Below are positions 1 through 28,297 of a stretch of DNA of 64,000 nucleotides, one piece after another. Below the pieces are notes generated by a model. That model made no database searches. It was not told the origin of the DNA and was given only the letters and a program-made list of their open reading frames with translations. The DNA lies in NCBI GenBank assembly GCA_044892525.1, contig CM097885.1, forward strand, positions 26,290,001-26,354,000, in the 5' to 3' direction. The translations under genes were made by a program, and so were the position numbers. Numbering within the stretch: position 1 is the stretch's first letter; each line of letters starts with the position of its first letter. The stretch is from Schmidtea polychroa. Its lineage: Eukaryota.

Positions 1-2
1 AT

Positions 3-389
3 CCAATTTTATTCTTCAAGAGCGGGAAATGTAGGATAATGGGATGTAAGAAACCATTACAGGAAGGCGATCTCAAATATCAGATTCAAGATTTACAAAT
101 CCAATCAATTACATTAACGTTAGATATGGTTACATGTATTGATTTAAATGCATTGTCAAGGAAAACCGATAGTTACTACGAGCCTGAAATATTTCCAGCT
201 TTACGTATTCTCCAGTATAACCCCCTATGTGTAAATGTTTTTTCAAGCGGGAAAGTTGTTATATTAGGGATTAAAACATTTGATTATTTTAATCAAATTC
301 AAGAAATTCAGAAATTCATTATCATGCAGAAATCATTAACTATAAATATCACAACAAATGAAGAAATATTGGAATATTTATTAAGTTAA
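3..389 (+). CDS. TATA-binding-protein-like protein, 5'-truncated by the window edge (intronless, divergent, probably viral)
   Basis: The frame is open from position 3 (PILFFKSGKCRIMGCK...). It has two TBP-repeat motifs, FFKSGKCRIMGCK and YEPEIFPALR...VNVFSSGKVVILGIK (cf. TBP YEPELFPGL...LIFxSGKxVxTGAK). Confidence 0.8.
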   Translation, partial: PILFFKSGKCRIMGCKKPLQEGDLKYQIQDLQIQSITLTLDMVTCIDLNALSRKTDSYYEPEIFPALRILQYNPLCVNVFSSGKVVILGIKTFDYFNQIQEIQKFIIMQKSLTINITTNEEILEYLLS

Positions 390-452
390 TTAAATTAATT
401 TAATTAATTGTGTTTAAATTAACTGAATATCTACAATAACAAAAATTCAAAA

Positions 453-800
453 ATGGATGACGATAAGCAGGCTTACATATTCCAGACTATATTAACAAAG
501 ATGGAAGAATTGTTCCCGAATATAAAGAATAGACTTTCGTATTGTGCTCCGGAATTATTAGCTTATAGAATCAAGCAATTAACGGGGATCAATATAGAAG
601 AACTTCTACGAAGACATTACGAGTCTGTACAAGAATCAAGATTTAAATGCATAGACGATTGTGAAGTATGTATGGATCCAATGAAATTATCATGTCCGTT
701 TAGATGTAGATGCTGCCAAGAATATAAGATGAAAGAAGTTGTTCATATTTTACTAGCAGAATTAAGAAGAGCTTATTACAAGCAAATATTGGATGAATAA
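453..800 (+). CDS. Hypothetical 115-aa Cys-rich protein
   Basis: ATG in AAAATG context, protein-like composition, CxxxCxxC...CxxxCxCC cluster; family not recognised. Confidence 0.5.
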   Translation: MDDDKQAYIFQTILTKMEELFPNIKNRLSYCAPELLAYRIKQLTGINIEELLRRHYESVQESRFKCIDDCEVCMDPMKLSCPFRCRCCQEYKMKEVVHILLAELRRAYYKQILDE

Positions 801-1094
801 ATTTTATATCTTTACATTTGTTATTTGTTTGGTAAATTTTTATGTGTCTAGTTCAATTTTTATGTATTTGGTCGATATATTATTATTATTATTATTATTA
901 TTTCATTAAAAATTATCTTAAAAATTTCCATCTAAAATTATCATTGAAAAATATTTCATAAAAATTTCCATTAAAAATTAACTTAAAAAATTATTTCATA
1001 ACAATTACCATTGAAAATTATTCATAAAAATTTTCATTAAAAAATTTCAGTTCTCAAACACCTTCTATTATTTTGTAATTAAATTTTAAAATCT

Positions 1095-1260
1095 TACTTT
1101 AATTTACTTATTTTAAAATTTTTACCATTGATTACTTTATATAAAAATTATTACTTTAATTTACTTATTTTAAAATTTTTACCATTGATTACTTTATTTA
1201 AAAATTATCACTTTAATTTACTTATTTAAAATTCTTTACCATTGATTACTTAATTTTAAA
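1095..1260. repeat. ~57-bp AT-rich tandem repeat, ~3 copies
   Basis: ACTTTAATTTACTTATTT...TTTACCATTGATTACTT recurs at ~1095, 1152 and 1209. Confidence 0.8.
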
Positions 1261-1330
1261 ATTTGAGCCATAATTTACTGTAATTTAATTTTTTAGAACC
1301 ATAATTTACTGTAATTTAATTTTTTAGGAC

Positions 1331-2236
1331 TGTTGGGTTTTGGATTATTTCAAGTCGGTTCTCTCTGACTCCTGTGTTCTTTAAATCAAAACAATGAACG
1401 ACCCAACGTATATTGAAACAACAGGTTCACAATTTATTATCACGCTACAATTACCAATCAAAGTTTTATACGATTCTCCGCTCGGCGTTGATGCTTTGCA
1501 AACAAACAATATTCACCTTTTGATCCTTTAGTTCTCTTGACTCTCGTTTTCCTCGGTTTCTGTTTGGTTTGATCCCTTTTCGCCTTTCCGTATTCTTAAT
1601 TCTATTTCTTTTTTTCCCTACTTCCCTAATTCGTTTACCACTTCCTCTACAGTCTAATTCTTCGAACCCTAGCTGAGGCAGAATGCCGATTTTCTCTGAT
1701 TTTCCCTTTGCTTATATACTCCTCGAAATCAGGATGACAAATGGTTATTGCCGAGCCAATCTTTTGTTTGACATTTTCTCCTACGTGTTTGCTTCGGCTG
1801 TCATCCATAATGGTCCAACGAATCCAGATAATTAATGGCCCTACCGGTCTTCCTACGCGCGCTATCTTCTCCTTACTCTTTTCCCATTAATCATTGTGTC
1901 AAGCTAATGGGCCCAAATCTTCCTTTTGTTTGCCTTTCTTCTTGTTTACCCAGCTCGGGTTTCCTTTATCTCTCGGGTTCTCCATTGGCTCGGGTTTCCC
2001 ATTAGCTCGGGTTTTCCATTAGCCAATTAATTAACGTTTTCTGTTTTCATACGTTTGAGTGTTTTTCGCATTTCGTAATTGCTTTTTGCATTTTCTAATA
2101 CTGTTTCCATCACACTTTACTATTGATTCTGTACACGATCCCGCTTTTATTTGCCTTTTTTCCTCGCTTACTTTCCATTTGAATTATTATCCTAAATTTT
2201 ATTTAAATTTTTAATTTTAATTTACAGACCTCAACA
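1331..2236 (-). mobile_element. 3' LTR (906 bp) of a Gypsy-like LTR retrotransposon
   Basis: On the minus strand it runs TGTTGAG...CCCAACA (TG..CA termini with TGTTG/CAACA inverted ends). It has TATATAAG at ~1711-1718, AATAAA at ~1433-1438 and higher GC than its flanks, and is immediately preceded by a polypurine tract. Confidence 0.8.
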
Positions 2237-2275
2237 TATCTCCCCCCTCAAAAAATTTTTTCGTCCTCGAAATCT
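2237..2275 (-). promoter_or_regulatory. Polypurine tract plus short internal remnant of the LTR element
   Basis: Minus strand TTTCGAGGACGAAAAAATTTTTTGAGGGGGGAGATA abuts the LTR start, a typical Gypsy end-of-pol/PPT layout. Confidence 0.75.
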
Positions 2276-2533
2276 ATGTTTTGCTGTGATTATGTCCTTG
2301 GATGTAATTTTACATGCATTTAAATTGTACTTTATACTTTTAAATTATTAAATTTTTTTTTTAAAATCTATAATAATTTTTACGATGTAAAACTAAAATA
2401 TTTTAATTTAATTTGATGCCATTTTCGCTTTATTAAGAAAATTAATCGACTAGTTTAAACGGACTTGATTTAAACGATTTGATTCAATTTGTGTTGATAA
2501 TTTGGATATTACCATTTAGAATATTTTATATAA

Positions 2534-2691
2534 ATAAGTTAGTTTTATGTACATTATTCAAAAAATATAACTAAAATCTGTAAATTTTAAAACTAATAAA
2601 TATTTAAAGTGTATAAGTTAGTTTTATGTACATTATTCAAAAATATAACTAAAATCTGTAAATTTTAAAACTAATAAATATTTAAAGTGTA
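2534..2691. repeat. 79-bp direct tandem duplication
   Basis: ATAAGTTAGTTTTATGTACATTATTCAAAAA...TTTAAAGTGT at 2534 and 2613. Confidence 0.85.
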
Positions 2692-3119
2692 ATAAAATGT
2701 GACAAATCCACAATCTAGATAGGAATATATTCAACAAACATCAATAAAACTATTTTTTTTATAAACTAATTTAATATAGTTTTAAATATATATGTTACGA
2801 GCATTTGCTGTCGCACACAACCTATTTCTAATCGTACAGGTCTGGGAAGAAATATCAACAATATTTTTAAAATGAATTTGATTGGATCACTATTTTTACT
2901 AGTTTCTTTTTAATTGTGCATGGTTCGAAATTTCTCTACATACTCTCTTCAATTTGATTGCCCATTTGTCAACGGCTGAAAGAGAGAAAATATAGCTTTT
3001 TAAAATCAGGAAATCTTGGAAAATTCAGTCACTTTATTTTCGCAAACGAATTATGTCAAATAGTCGTGATTTGATATTAAATTTTGATGAACTAATGTAA
3101 TATTAGTTAACATGTTTTG

Positions 3120-3554
3120 TTAAAATCTTATATAGTCAATTTCTAATGGATCTAAAATCGTATCATCATCAAATTCTTGTAATGGAATATCAACACCATC
3201 TTCAGTCACAGTTAAATCTCGTAAAAATACATCGGAAATAAAAGATGTATACAGAGCTTTTTTGCGGATATTGGTTATAAAATTATCTTTAAAGTATATT
3301 TGATCTTCAATAAAAGAACCAATTATCCTTTCAATAAATTCTTCATTATTTTCATTAATTATTAATTTCCTAATTAAATGATATATTTTTGTTAAATAAT
3401 TTGATGCCGAATCGGTATTTTCAACGAGTATTTTAATTCCGAAAAAACTAGTATTCAAATAATCATTGAGCACAATTATATATTTTTTAAAATTTGCAAA
3501 AGGAGAATTTCGATTTCGTGCTTTGATACTATTTAATATATATTCCAAATCCAC
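3120..3554 (-). CDS. Hypothetical protein or 5'-disrupted gene (144 codons, no ATG start)
   Basis: Long open frame in very AT-rich DNA with an acidic C-terminus. It starts at GTG three codons after a stop, so it may be a frameshifted remnant. Confidence 0.4.
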   Translation of the reverse strand: MDLEYILNSIKARNRNSPFANFKKYIIVLNDYLNTSFFGIKILVENTDSASNYLTKIYHLIRKLIINENNEEFIERIIGSFIEDQIYFKDNFITNIRKKALYTSFISDVFLRDLTVTEDGVDIPLQEFDDDTILDPLEIDYIRF

Positions 3555-3629
3555 AGGTGTTTATCTTATATATTTTATCAGTTTGCGGTTGATATTTCTA
3601 ATACAGGATCTAAAACAAAGTTTATAAAA

Positions 3630-3830
3630 TTATTGTTTCAGATTAAATAATCTCATATAATCTATAAATAAATCTTTCTTCTTTAATAAATCCAATTCAA
3701 GTCTGTCATGCGGGCAATGAGTATAATCATTTAACCAATGTAAGAAACAATTAGTACAAATCGAATGGTTACAGCCAGTAGTTGTAAACAATTCTATAGC
3801 TAATTCATCGTAGCAAACAACACATTCCAT
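3630..3830 (-). CDS. Small RING-finger protein (C3HC4-type, last ligand Asp)
   Basis: MECVVCYDE...GCNHSICTNCFLHW...CPHDR; ATG at 3830 in AAAAATG context. Confidence 0.8.
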   Translation of the reverse strand: MECVVCYDELAIELFTTTGCNHSICTNCFLHWLNDYTHCPHDRLELDLLKKKDLFIDYMRLFNLKQ

Positions 3831-4150
3831 TTTTATTTTTTTTCGATAAGCATATAACAAAAGCAAGAATAATAGAGTAAGTAAATGATTTTTTATAATT
3901 TATAAATAAATCAATTGCATAAAATTAATTTAAATTATTTCAATATATTTAATTATTTCAATATATTTGATTATTAAAATTTAAATTTTTACTTCATTAT
4001 TAAACTAAATCTTTAATTAATTTAATTATTATGTAAGATATTAAATCATTTAATTATTATGTAAGGTATTAAATTTAATCCTTTAATTATTACGCAAGGT
4101 ATCAAATTTAATCCTTTAATTATTAAGTAATGTATTAAGTAGAAGAAGAA

Positions 4151-4151
<1 letters not shown>

Positions 4152-4202
<51 letters not shown>
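4152..4202. repeat. (TA)n microsatellite
   Basis: ~25 perfect TA units. Confidence 0.95.
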
Positions 4203-4205
<3 letters not shown>

Positions 4206-4327
4206 TTGTTTCTTAAATTTGGTCATAATTTGCTAGTACCAAGGATTGTATGAATTTTATTTTTTAATTATTAAAATTTAATTATTTTTTAGATAAAAAA
4301 TCAAATAAATTCACAAAAATGATTGAA

Positions 4328-4560
4328 AATAATAAAACTATGAAAATTAACAATAATGAAACTAAGAAAATGAATAATAATGAAACTGAAAATTAATAAT
4401 AATGAAACTATGAAAATTAATAATAATGAAACTATGAAAATGAATAATAATGAAACTATGAAAATGAATAATAATGAATAATAATGAAACTATGAAAATG
4501 AATAATAATGAAACTACGAAAATGAATGAAAAAATTAATGAAACTATGAAAATTAGCAAT
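4328..4560. repeat. ~24-bp minisatellite (AATAATAATGAAACTATGAAAAT-like)
   Basis: About 9 degenerate tandem units. Confidence 0.85.
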
Positions 4561-4695
4561 AATGTCAAATGTAAGTATTTTTAACTATTTTTTATAAAAT
4601 TTTATCTATTTTTTATAATGATAAGATGAAATTTAAATTTTTTAAATGATTATTATTGATATTTTTTATAAAATTATTATTAATAATTTAATGTT

Positions 4696-14489
<9,794 letters not shown>

Positions 14490-15329
14490 AGAAGTAGTGT
14501 GGTTATATACCCAACCAAAACAGCCCCCCAACAAAAACATGCCTCCAAATCACTTAAGCTATTAGAAAAACAACCTAAAACTTATACTTTTATAGTATTT
14601 TAACCCTATATTTTGAAAACAACCACCCTTAATGACTCTAACTGTTGTAATCTTTAAAGCCTCAAACTCAAAAGCTTCAAAATAAAAAGAGAATAGAAAA
14701 GAAAATGGCATTATGAAAAAGTTAGAGGGCTATTTGATCTTTATCAGATTATTGATTTTAAATTATATAAATTAAAAAATAAATGAAAAATAGTAAAACT
14801 GCTCTGAGGGGACAGTGGTATTTTTTTTTTCACTGTCCCCTCAACAGTTTTTTTTGATCCGGATCATTTTTTTTATTTATCAACCTCTTTCGTTTATCGA
14901 ATCTCTTCCAATATACAAGCTGGCCAGACTCATACATCAGAATCAATCCTATAATAGCAGCACACCTTATTATTCGCTTCTCGCTCGAATACGATTTCAT
15001 CGGCGTTTTAAGTGTGCTGCTCGAAAGTACAAATGAATTCGAAAGCGAATCCGAAAGAGGTCCGAAAACAACTGAGAAATAAATGTGCACATTACCGGAA
15101 TCGATCCGGGGGTGTTCGAAAGACAGGTGGCGATAATTACCGGTTCGCCACCATCACCCGTTTCAATATTTTTTTTTTCATATTTATGTTTAAAAAATAA
15201 AATAATAAATAAAAAAATAAAATAAAATAAATAAAATAAAATATACAAGTACTTTATAAATATAAGATACCCACACTATTTTCAATATTATTTTCAAATT
15301 TTTAATATTATTTTATGTTGAAAAAAAAC

Positions 15330-15404
15330 TAACCTCAGATGTGATTTGAACCACTATCCATTTGAACCACTGTGCCAGTCTATTCCCACTGCGCCATCAA
15401 GGTT
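15330..15404 (-). ncRNA. tRNA-like Pol III unit 1 (copy in truncated element 1)
   Basis: A box TGGCGCAGTGG, B box GGTTCAAATC, downstream T-run. Confidence 0.55.
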
Positions 15405-15650
15405 TGAATTTTTGTCATTTTTTAGACTATAAATAATCGATTCAAGTTCTTTAACTCTTCCTTGTAATTGTTTCATTTTCTTCAATCTTATATCAGCAAC
15501 ATCGACAGCCTTCATATAAAAATGTCGATACTTTTCATTATCTACTATCAACTCTTTGATGTATTCTAATGGTTCTTCTTCTCTTCTTTTCATTCTCTTA
15601 TGTTTAACTTCATTCAATTCATTTCTCATTCTTTCTTTTAACTCATCCAT
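15354..15650 (-). CDS. Polinton 98-aa coiled-coil hypothetical protein (copy 1)
   Basis: Identical to 29162-29458. Confidence 0.5.
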   Translation of the reverse strand: MDELKERMRNELNEVKHKRMKRREEEPLEYIKELIVDNEKYRHFYMKAVDVADIRLKKMKQLQGRVKELESIIYSLKNDKNSNLDGAVGIDWHSGSNG

Positions 15651-15815
15651 TTTTATAAATATTTTTTTTATTGGATATATTTATTTTTGGTAGTTAAAAC
15701 GTTTTTGATCTTAAATTTCCAAGAGTTGCCGTTGACCAATCTCCTTAAAAATTTGTACAAGTACTAAATCGAGTATGCTGATCAATATTTCGTTAAAAAT
15801 AAATTTGAAAAAAAA

Positions 15816-15888
15816 TGACCGAAATGGGATTTGAACCCATTGGTATTGGCAATGCAGTCGAGTGCTATTACCACTAAGCTATTAGAGC
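15816..15888 (-). ncRNA. tRNA-Cys(GCA)-like Pol III unit 2 (copy in truncated element 1)
   Basis: Identical to 29624-29696. Confidence 0.65.
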
Positions 15889-16057
15889 TATACTCAATAT
15901 AAAATAAGTTGTTAATGTGTGACTATTTATTGATGAAATTAATAATTAATTATTCATTTTCTCGACAACTACCACTCAGATCCATCTGAAAATTTAAATA
16001 TATACTAAAATCAGTACGCTGAATCAGATTCCGTTGAAAAAAAATATCGAAAAAAAT

Positions 16058-16131
16058 TGACCAAAATCGAAAATTGAACCCGGTACTCCCGGTGATAAAA
16101 TTTAAGCCTATTCCCACTCCGCTATAATGGC
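16058..16131 (-). ncRNA. tRNA-like Pol III unit 3 (copy in truncated element 1)
   Basis: One SNP relative to 29866-29939. Confidence 0.5.
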
Positions 16132-16187
16132 TTACATAATATATTTAATTAATCCTATTTTGTGTGTGTAAATTTTAATATATAAAA

Positions 16188-17480
16188 ATGAATAATATAA
16201 ATCTTAAAATTCAAGAAAAAAATAAATTAAATCTTGATTATAATAAAGAATTTACTCATGAAATCAAGAAAAATGATGTACTTAAAATATCCCCTACGTC
16301 AGGATCGATTGCAAACTTAAATCGTAGGGGTGATATAGTTTTTCAATCTCTTCAAACATCAAACCCTATAGATATTTGTAATGCCAAATTATATTATAAA
16401 ATCGAATTAGAAATTGAAGCAAACAAAGATATAACCCTAGAAAATAATTTCTTTCCAAATTTATTCTCCAACATGAGATTAAAACTAGGATCATCAGAAA
16501 TTGAAACTGTTTTGCATCCGGGAGTATATTCTACAATGTTAAATTTTATTTTGACTGGTTGTGATTATAAAAACGAATATGGTGAATTAACAGGTTGGAT
16601 TCCTGATGTTAATAAAGGGGATTTAGATAAAGATGGTTTAGATGTAAACCATGGTTACCATAAAAGAGCTGAACTTTATAAATCTAAAAAATTTGAAGGT
16701 TATTTTGAATTAAAACACTTATTTGGATTCCTTCAAAACTATAATCGTATACTTCATAATGTTTTTATAGAATTCATCTGTAATAGAGTAGAAGGTGATA
16801 AAAGATTGTTCTATGGAGCTGTAGATACAAAAGCTAAATTAAAATTATCAACACTTGAATTACATATACCTGAATGGACATTAAACCCACATTCTGAGAT
16901 TAAACTCCTTGAAAGATTAAATTCCAACAAGTCTATAAATGTAAATTATTTAAATAGAATCTGTAGTGAATTTAGTATGACAGAGGGTTCAACATATTCA
17001 ATAAAGGTAGCAAATTTAGCATACCGACCAAGATATATCTTAATTGGATTCAAAGAAGTAGATTCATCTTTCCAAAAAAATAACAACTTGTTTATTCAAA
17101 AGATTGGAGTTGATAATTTAAAAACAATCCAAATTCAATTAAATAGTTCTTATTATCCAATAAATAGAATGGAATTTAATATTGAAAATAATGAAAACAT
17201 ATTCCCATATCTAAATTATATTGAAACATGTTATGATTTCAAAGTTGAACCGCAATTAAGTTTAGAAGATTTCAAAAATTTATATTCTATATTTTGTATA
17301 AATGTTTCAGACCAAGATGATCGCCTAGCCATAAATAATGTTGATGTTACACTTCATGTAACAAAGGATTCTAATTTTAAAGCTAAAGTATATACATTAA
17401 TATTAGAAGAAAAGAAAATAGAAATGAAATTATATGGTGGAAAGATTTCAATAATCGAAAATGTTAGGGGAGATTCTTGA
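16188..17480 (+). CDS. Polinton major capsid protein (double jelly-roll, PY/hexon-like), copy 1
   Basis: 430 aa, identical protein to 29996-31288. Confidence 0.85.
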   Translation: MNNINLKIQEKNKLNLDYNKEFTHEIKKNDVLKISPTSGSIANLNRRGDIVFQSLQTSNPIDICNAKLYYKIELEIEANKDITLENNFFPNLFSNMRLKLGSSEIETVLHPGVYSTMLNFILTGCDYKNEYGELTGWIPDVNKGDLDKDGLDVNHGYHKRAELYKSKKFEGYFELKHLFGFLQNYNRILHNVFIEFICNRVEGDKRLFYGAVDTKAKLKLSTLELHIPEWTLNPHSEIKLLERLNSNKSINVNYLNRICSEFSMTEGSTYSIKVANLAYRPRYILIGFKEVDSSFQKNNNLFIQKIGVDNLKTIQIQLNSSYYPINRMEFNIENNENIFPYLNYIETCYDFKVEPQLSLEDFKNLYSIFCINVSDQDDRLAINNVDVTLHVTKDSNFKAKVYTLILEEKKIEMKLYGGKISIIENVRGDS

Positions 17481-17726
17481 TATAATCCCTGATATTTTAA
17501 CATTTTAAAATGTCTCTAAATAAATATTGGAGATGTGAAAGTTGTAATTGTCAAGTTACAAGACATCATAAAGCAAGTCATTTAAAAACTAAAAAACATA
17601 CAGGAGGTGATCTAATTCCACGAGCTGGAGGCGATTTGCAATCTTCAAAAACAACATCTTCAATATTAAAACCTTTTACTACAGAAAAATATCCAGGTGA
17701 AAGACATTTATTTAAACACAACTATA

Positions 17727-22715
<4,989 letters not shown>

Positions 22716-23579
22716 AGAAGTAGTGTGGTTATATACCCAACCAAAACAGCCCCCCAACAAAAACATGCCTCCAAATCACTTAAGCTATTAGAAAAACAAC
22801 CTAAAACTTATACTTTTATAGTATTTTAACCCTATATTTTGAAAACAACCACCCTTAATGACTCTAACTGTTGTAATCTTTAAAGCCTCAAACTCAAAAG
22901 CTTCAAAATAAAAAGAGAATAGAAAAGAAAATGGCATTATGAAAAAGTTAGAGGGCTATTTGATCTTTATCAGATTATTGATTTTAAATTATATAAATTA
23001 AAAAATAAATGAAAAATAGTAAAACTGCTCTGAGGGGACAGTGGTATTTTTTTTTTCACTGTCCCCTCAACAGTTTTTTTTGATCCGGATCATTTTTTTT
23101 ATTTATCAACCTCTTTCGTTTATCGAATCTCTTCCAATATACAAGCTGGCCAGACTCATACATCAGAATCAATCCTATAATAGCAGCACACCTTATTATT
23201 CGCTTCTCGCTCGAATACGATTTCATCGGCGTTTTAAGTGTGCTGCTCGAAAGTACAAATGAATTCGAAAGCGAATCCGAAAGAGGTCCGAAAACAACTG
23301 AGAAATAAATGTGCACATTACCGGAATCGATCCGGGGGTGTTCGAAAGACAGGTGGCGATAATTACCGGTTCGCCACCATCACCCGTTTCAATATTTTTT
23401 TTTTCATATTTATGTTTAAAAAATAAAATAATAAATAAAAAAATAAAATAAAATAAATAAAATAAAATATACAAGTACTTTATAAATATAAGATACCCAC
23501 ACTATTTTCAATATTATTTTCAAATTTTTAATATTATTTTATGTTGAAAAAAAACTAACCTCAGATGTGATTTGAACCA

Positions 23580-23876
23580 CTATCCATTTGAACCACTGTG
23601 CCAGTCTATTCCCACTGCGCCATCAAGGTTTGAATTTTTGTCATTTTTTAGACTATAAATAATCGATTCAAGTTCTTTAACTCTTCCTTGTAATTGTTTC
23701 ATTTTCTTCAATCTTATATCAGCAACATCGACAGCCTTCATATAAAAATGTCGATACTTTTCATTATCTACTATCAACTCTTTGATGTATTCTAATGGTT
23801 CTTCTTCTCTTCTTTTCATTCTCTTATGTTTAACTTCATTCAATTCATTTCTCATTCTTTCTTTTAACTCATCCAT
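23580..23876 (-). CDS. Polinton 98-aa coiled-coil hypothetical protein (copy 2)
   Basis: Identical to 29162-29458. Confidence 0.5.
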   Translation of the reverse strand: MDELKERMRNELNEVKHKRMKRREEEPLEYIKELIVDNEKYRHFYMKAVDVADIRLKKMKQLQGRVKELESIIYSLKNDKNSNLDGAVGIDWHSGSNG

Positions 23877-24413
23877 TTTTATAAATATTTTTTTTATTGG
23901 ATATATTTATTTTTGGTAGTTAAAACGTTTTTGATCTTAAATTTCCAAGAGTTGCCGTTGACCAATCTCCTTAAAAATTTGTACAAGTACTAAATCGAGT
24001 ATGCTGATCAATATTTCGTTAAAAATAAATTTGAAAAAAAATGACCGAAATGGGATTTGAACCCATTGGTATTGGCAATGCAGTCGAGTGCTATTACCAC
24101 TAAGCTATTAGAGCTATACTCAATATAAAATAAGTTGTTAATGTGTGACTATTTATTGATGAAATTAATAATTAATTATTCATTTTCTCGACAACTACCA
24201 CTCAGATCCATCTGAAAATTTAAATATATACTAAAATCAGTACGCTGAATCAGATTCCGTTGAAAAAAAATATCGAAAAAAATTGACCAAAATCGAAAAT
24301 TGAACCCGGTACTCCCGGTGATAAAATTGAAGCCTATTCCCACTCCGCTATAATGGCTTACATAATATATTTAATTAATCCTATTTTGTGTGTGTAAATT
24401 TTAATATATAAAA

Positions 24414-25706
24414 ATGAATAATATAAATCTTAAAATTCAAGAAAAGAATAAATTAAATCTTGATTATAATAAAGAATTTACTCATGAAATCAAGAAAAAT
24501 GATGTACTTAAAATATCCCCTACGTCAGGATCGATTGCAAACTTAAATCGTAGGGGTGATATAGTTTTTCAATCTCTTCAAACATCAAACCCTATAGATA
24601 TTTGTAATGCCAAATTATATTATAAAATCGAATTAGAAATTGAAGCAAACAAAGATATAACCCTAGAAAATAATTTCTTTCCAAATTTATTCTCCAACAT
24701 GAGATTAAAACTAGGATCATCAGAAATTGAAACTGTTTTGCATCCGGGAGTATATTCTACAATGTTAAATTTTATTTTGACTGGTTGTGATTATAAAAAC
24801 GAATATGGTGAATTAACAGGTTGGATTCCTGATGTTAATAAAGGGGATTTAGATAAAGATGGTTTAGATGTAAACCATGGTTACCATAAAAGAGCTGAAC
24901 TTTATAAATCTAAAAAATTTGAAGGTTATTTTGAATTAAAACACTTATTTGGATTCCTTCAAAACTATAATCGTATACTTCATAATGTTTTTATAGAATT
25001 CATCTGTAATAGAGTAGAAGGTGATAAAAGATTGTTCTATGGAGCTGTAGATACAAAAGCTAAATTAAAATTATCAACACTTGAATTACATATACCTGAA
25101 TGGACATTAAACCCACATTCTGAGATTAAACTCCTTGAAAGATTAAATTCCAACAAGTCTATAAATGTAAATTATTTAAATAGAATCTGTAGTGAATTTA
25201 GTATGACAGAGGGTTCAACATATTCAATAAAGGTAGCAAATTTAGCATACCGACCAAGATATATCTTAATTGGATTCAAAGAAGTAGATTCATCTTTCCA
25301 AAAAAATAACAACTTGTTTATTCAAAAGATTGGAGTTGATAATTTAAAAACAATCCAAATTCAATTAAATAGTTCTTATTATCCAATAAATAGAATGGAA
25401 TTTAATATTGAAAATAATGAAAACATATTCCCATATCTAAATTATATTGAAACATGTTATGATTTCAAAGTTGAACCGCAATTAAGTTTAGAAGATTTCA
25501 AAAATTTATATTCTATATTTTGTATAAATGTTTCAGACCAAGATGATCGCCTAGCCATAAATAATGTTGATGTTACACTTCATGTAACAAAGGATTCTAA
25601 TTTTAAAGCTAAAGTATATACATTAATATTAGAAGAAAAGAAAATAGAAATGAAATTATATGGTGGAAAGATTTCAATAATCGAAAATGTTAGGGGAGAT
25701 TCTTGA
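24414..25706 (+). CDS. Polinton major capsid protein, copy 2
   Basis: 430-aa identical protein; synonymous SNP at 24446. Confidence 0.85.
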   Translation: MNNINLKIQEKNKLNLDYNKEFTHEIKKNDVLKISPTSGSIANLNRRGDIVFQSLQTSNPIDICNAKLYYKIELEIEANKDITLENNFFPNLFSNMRLKLGSSEIETVLHPGVYSTMLNFILTGCDYKNEYGELTGWIPDVNKGDLDKDGLDVNHGYHKRAELYKSKKFEGYFELKHLFGFLQNYNRILHNVFIEFICNRVEGDKRLFYGAVDTKAKLKLSTLELHIPEWTLNPHSEIKLLERLNSNKSINVNYLNRICSEFSMTEGSTYSIKVANLAYRPRYILIGFKEVDSSFQKNNNLFIQKIGVDNLKTIQIQLNSSYYPINRMEFNIENNENIFPYLNYIETCYDFKVEPQLSLEDFKNLYSIFCINVSDQDDRLAINNVDVTLHVTKDSNFKAKVYTLILEEKKIEMKLYGGKISIIENVRGDS

Positions 25707-25952
25707 TATAATCCCTGATATTTTAACATTTTAAAATGTCTCTAAATAAATATTGGAGATGTGAAAGTTGTAATTGTCAAGTTACAAGACATCATAAAGC
25801 AAGTCATTTAAAAACTAAAAAACATACAGGAGGTGATCTAATTCCACGAGCTGGAGGCGATTTGCAATCTTCAAAAACAACATCTTCAATATTAAAACCT
25901 TTTACTACAGAAAAATATCCAGGTGAAAGACATTTATTTAAACACAACTATA

Positions 25953-28297
<2,345 letters not shown>

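Larger units (their letters stand above)
14490..17726 (+). mobile_element. Truncated left-end copy 1 of the Polinton (terminus to start of the integrase/PLA2 gene)
   Basis: Near-identical to 28298-31534. Starts AGAAGTAGT and breaks at ...CACAACTATA|GGTCTAC into satellite. Confidence 0.95.
22716..25952 (+). mobile_element. Truncated left-end copy 2 of the Polinton (tRNA-like units at 23556-23630, 24042-24114, 24284-24357)
   Basis: Offset 8226 bp from copy 1 with identical start and breakpoint. Confidence 0.95.

Noticed and set aside
4138..4152. AGTAGAAGAAGAAG as another Polinton terminus
   Set aside because: Followed only by (TA)n; no matching inverted end found
4362..4568. 68-aa hydrophobic ORF
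   Set aside because: Antisense translation of a 24-bp minisatellite
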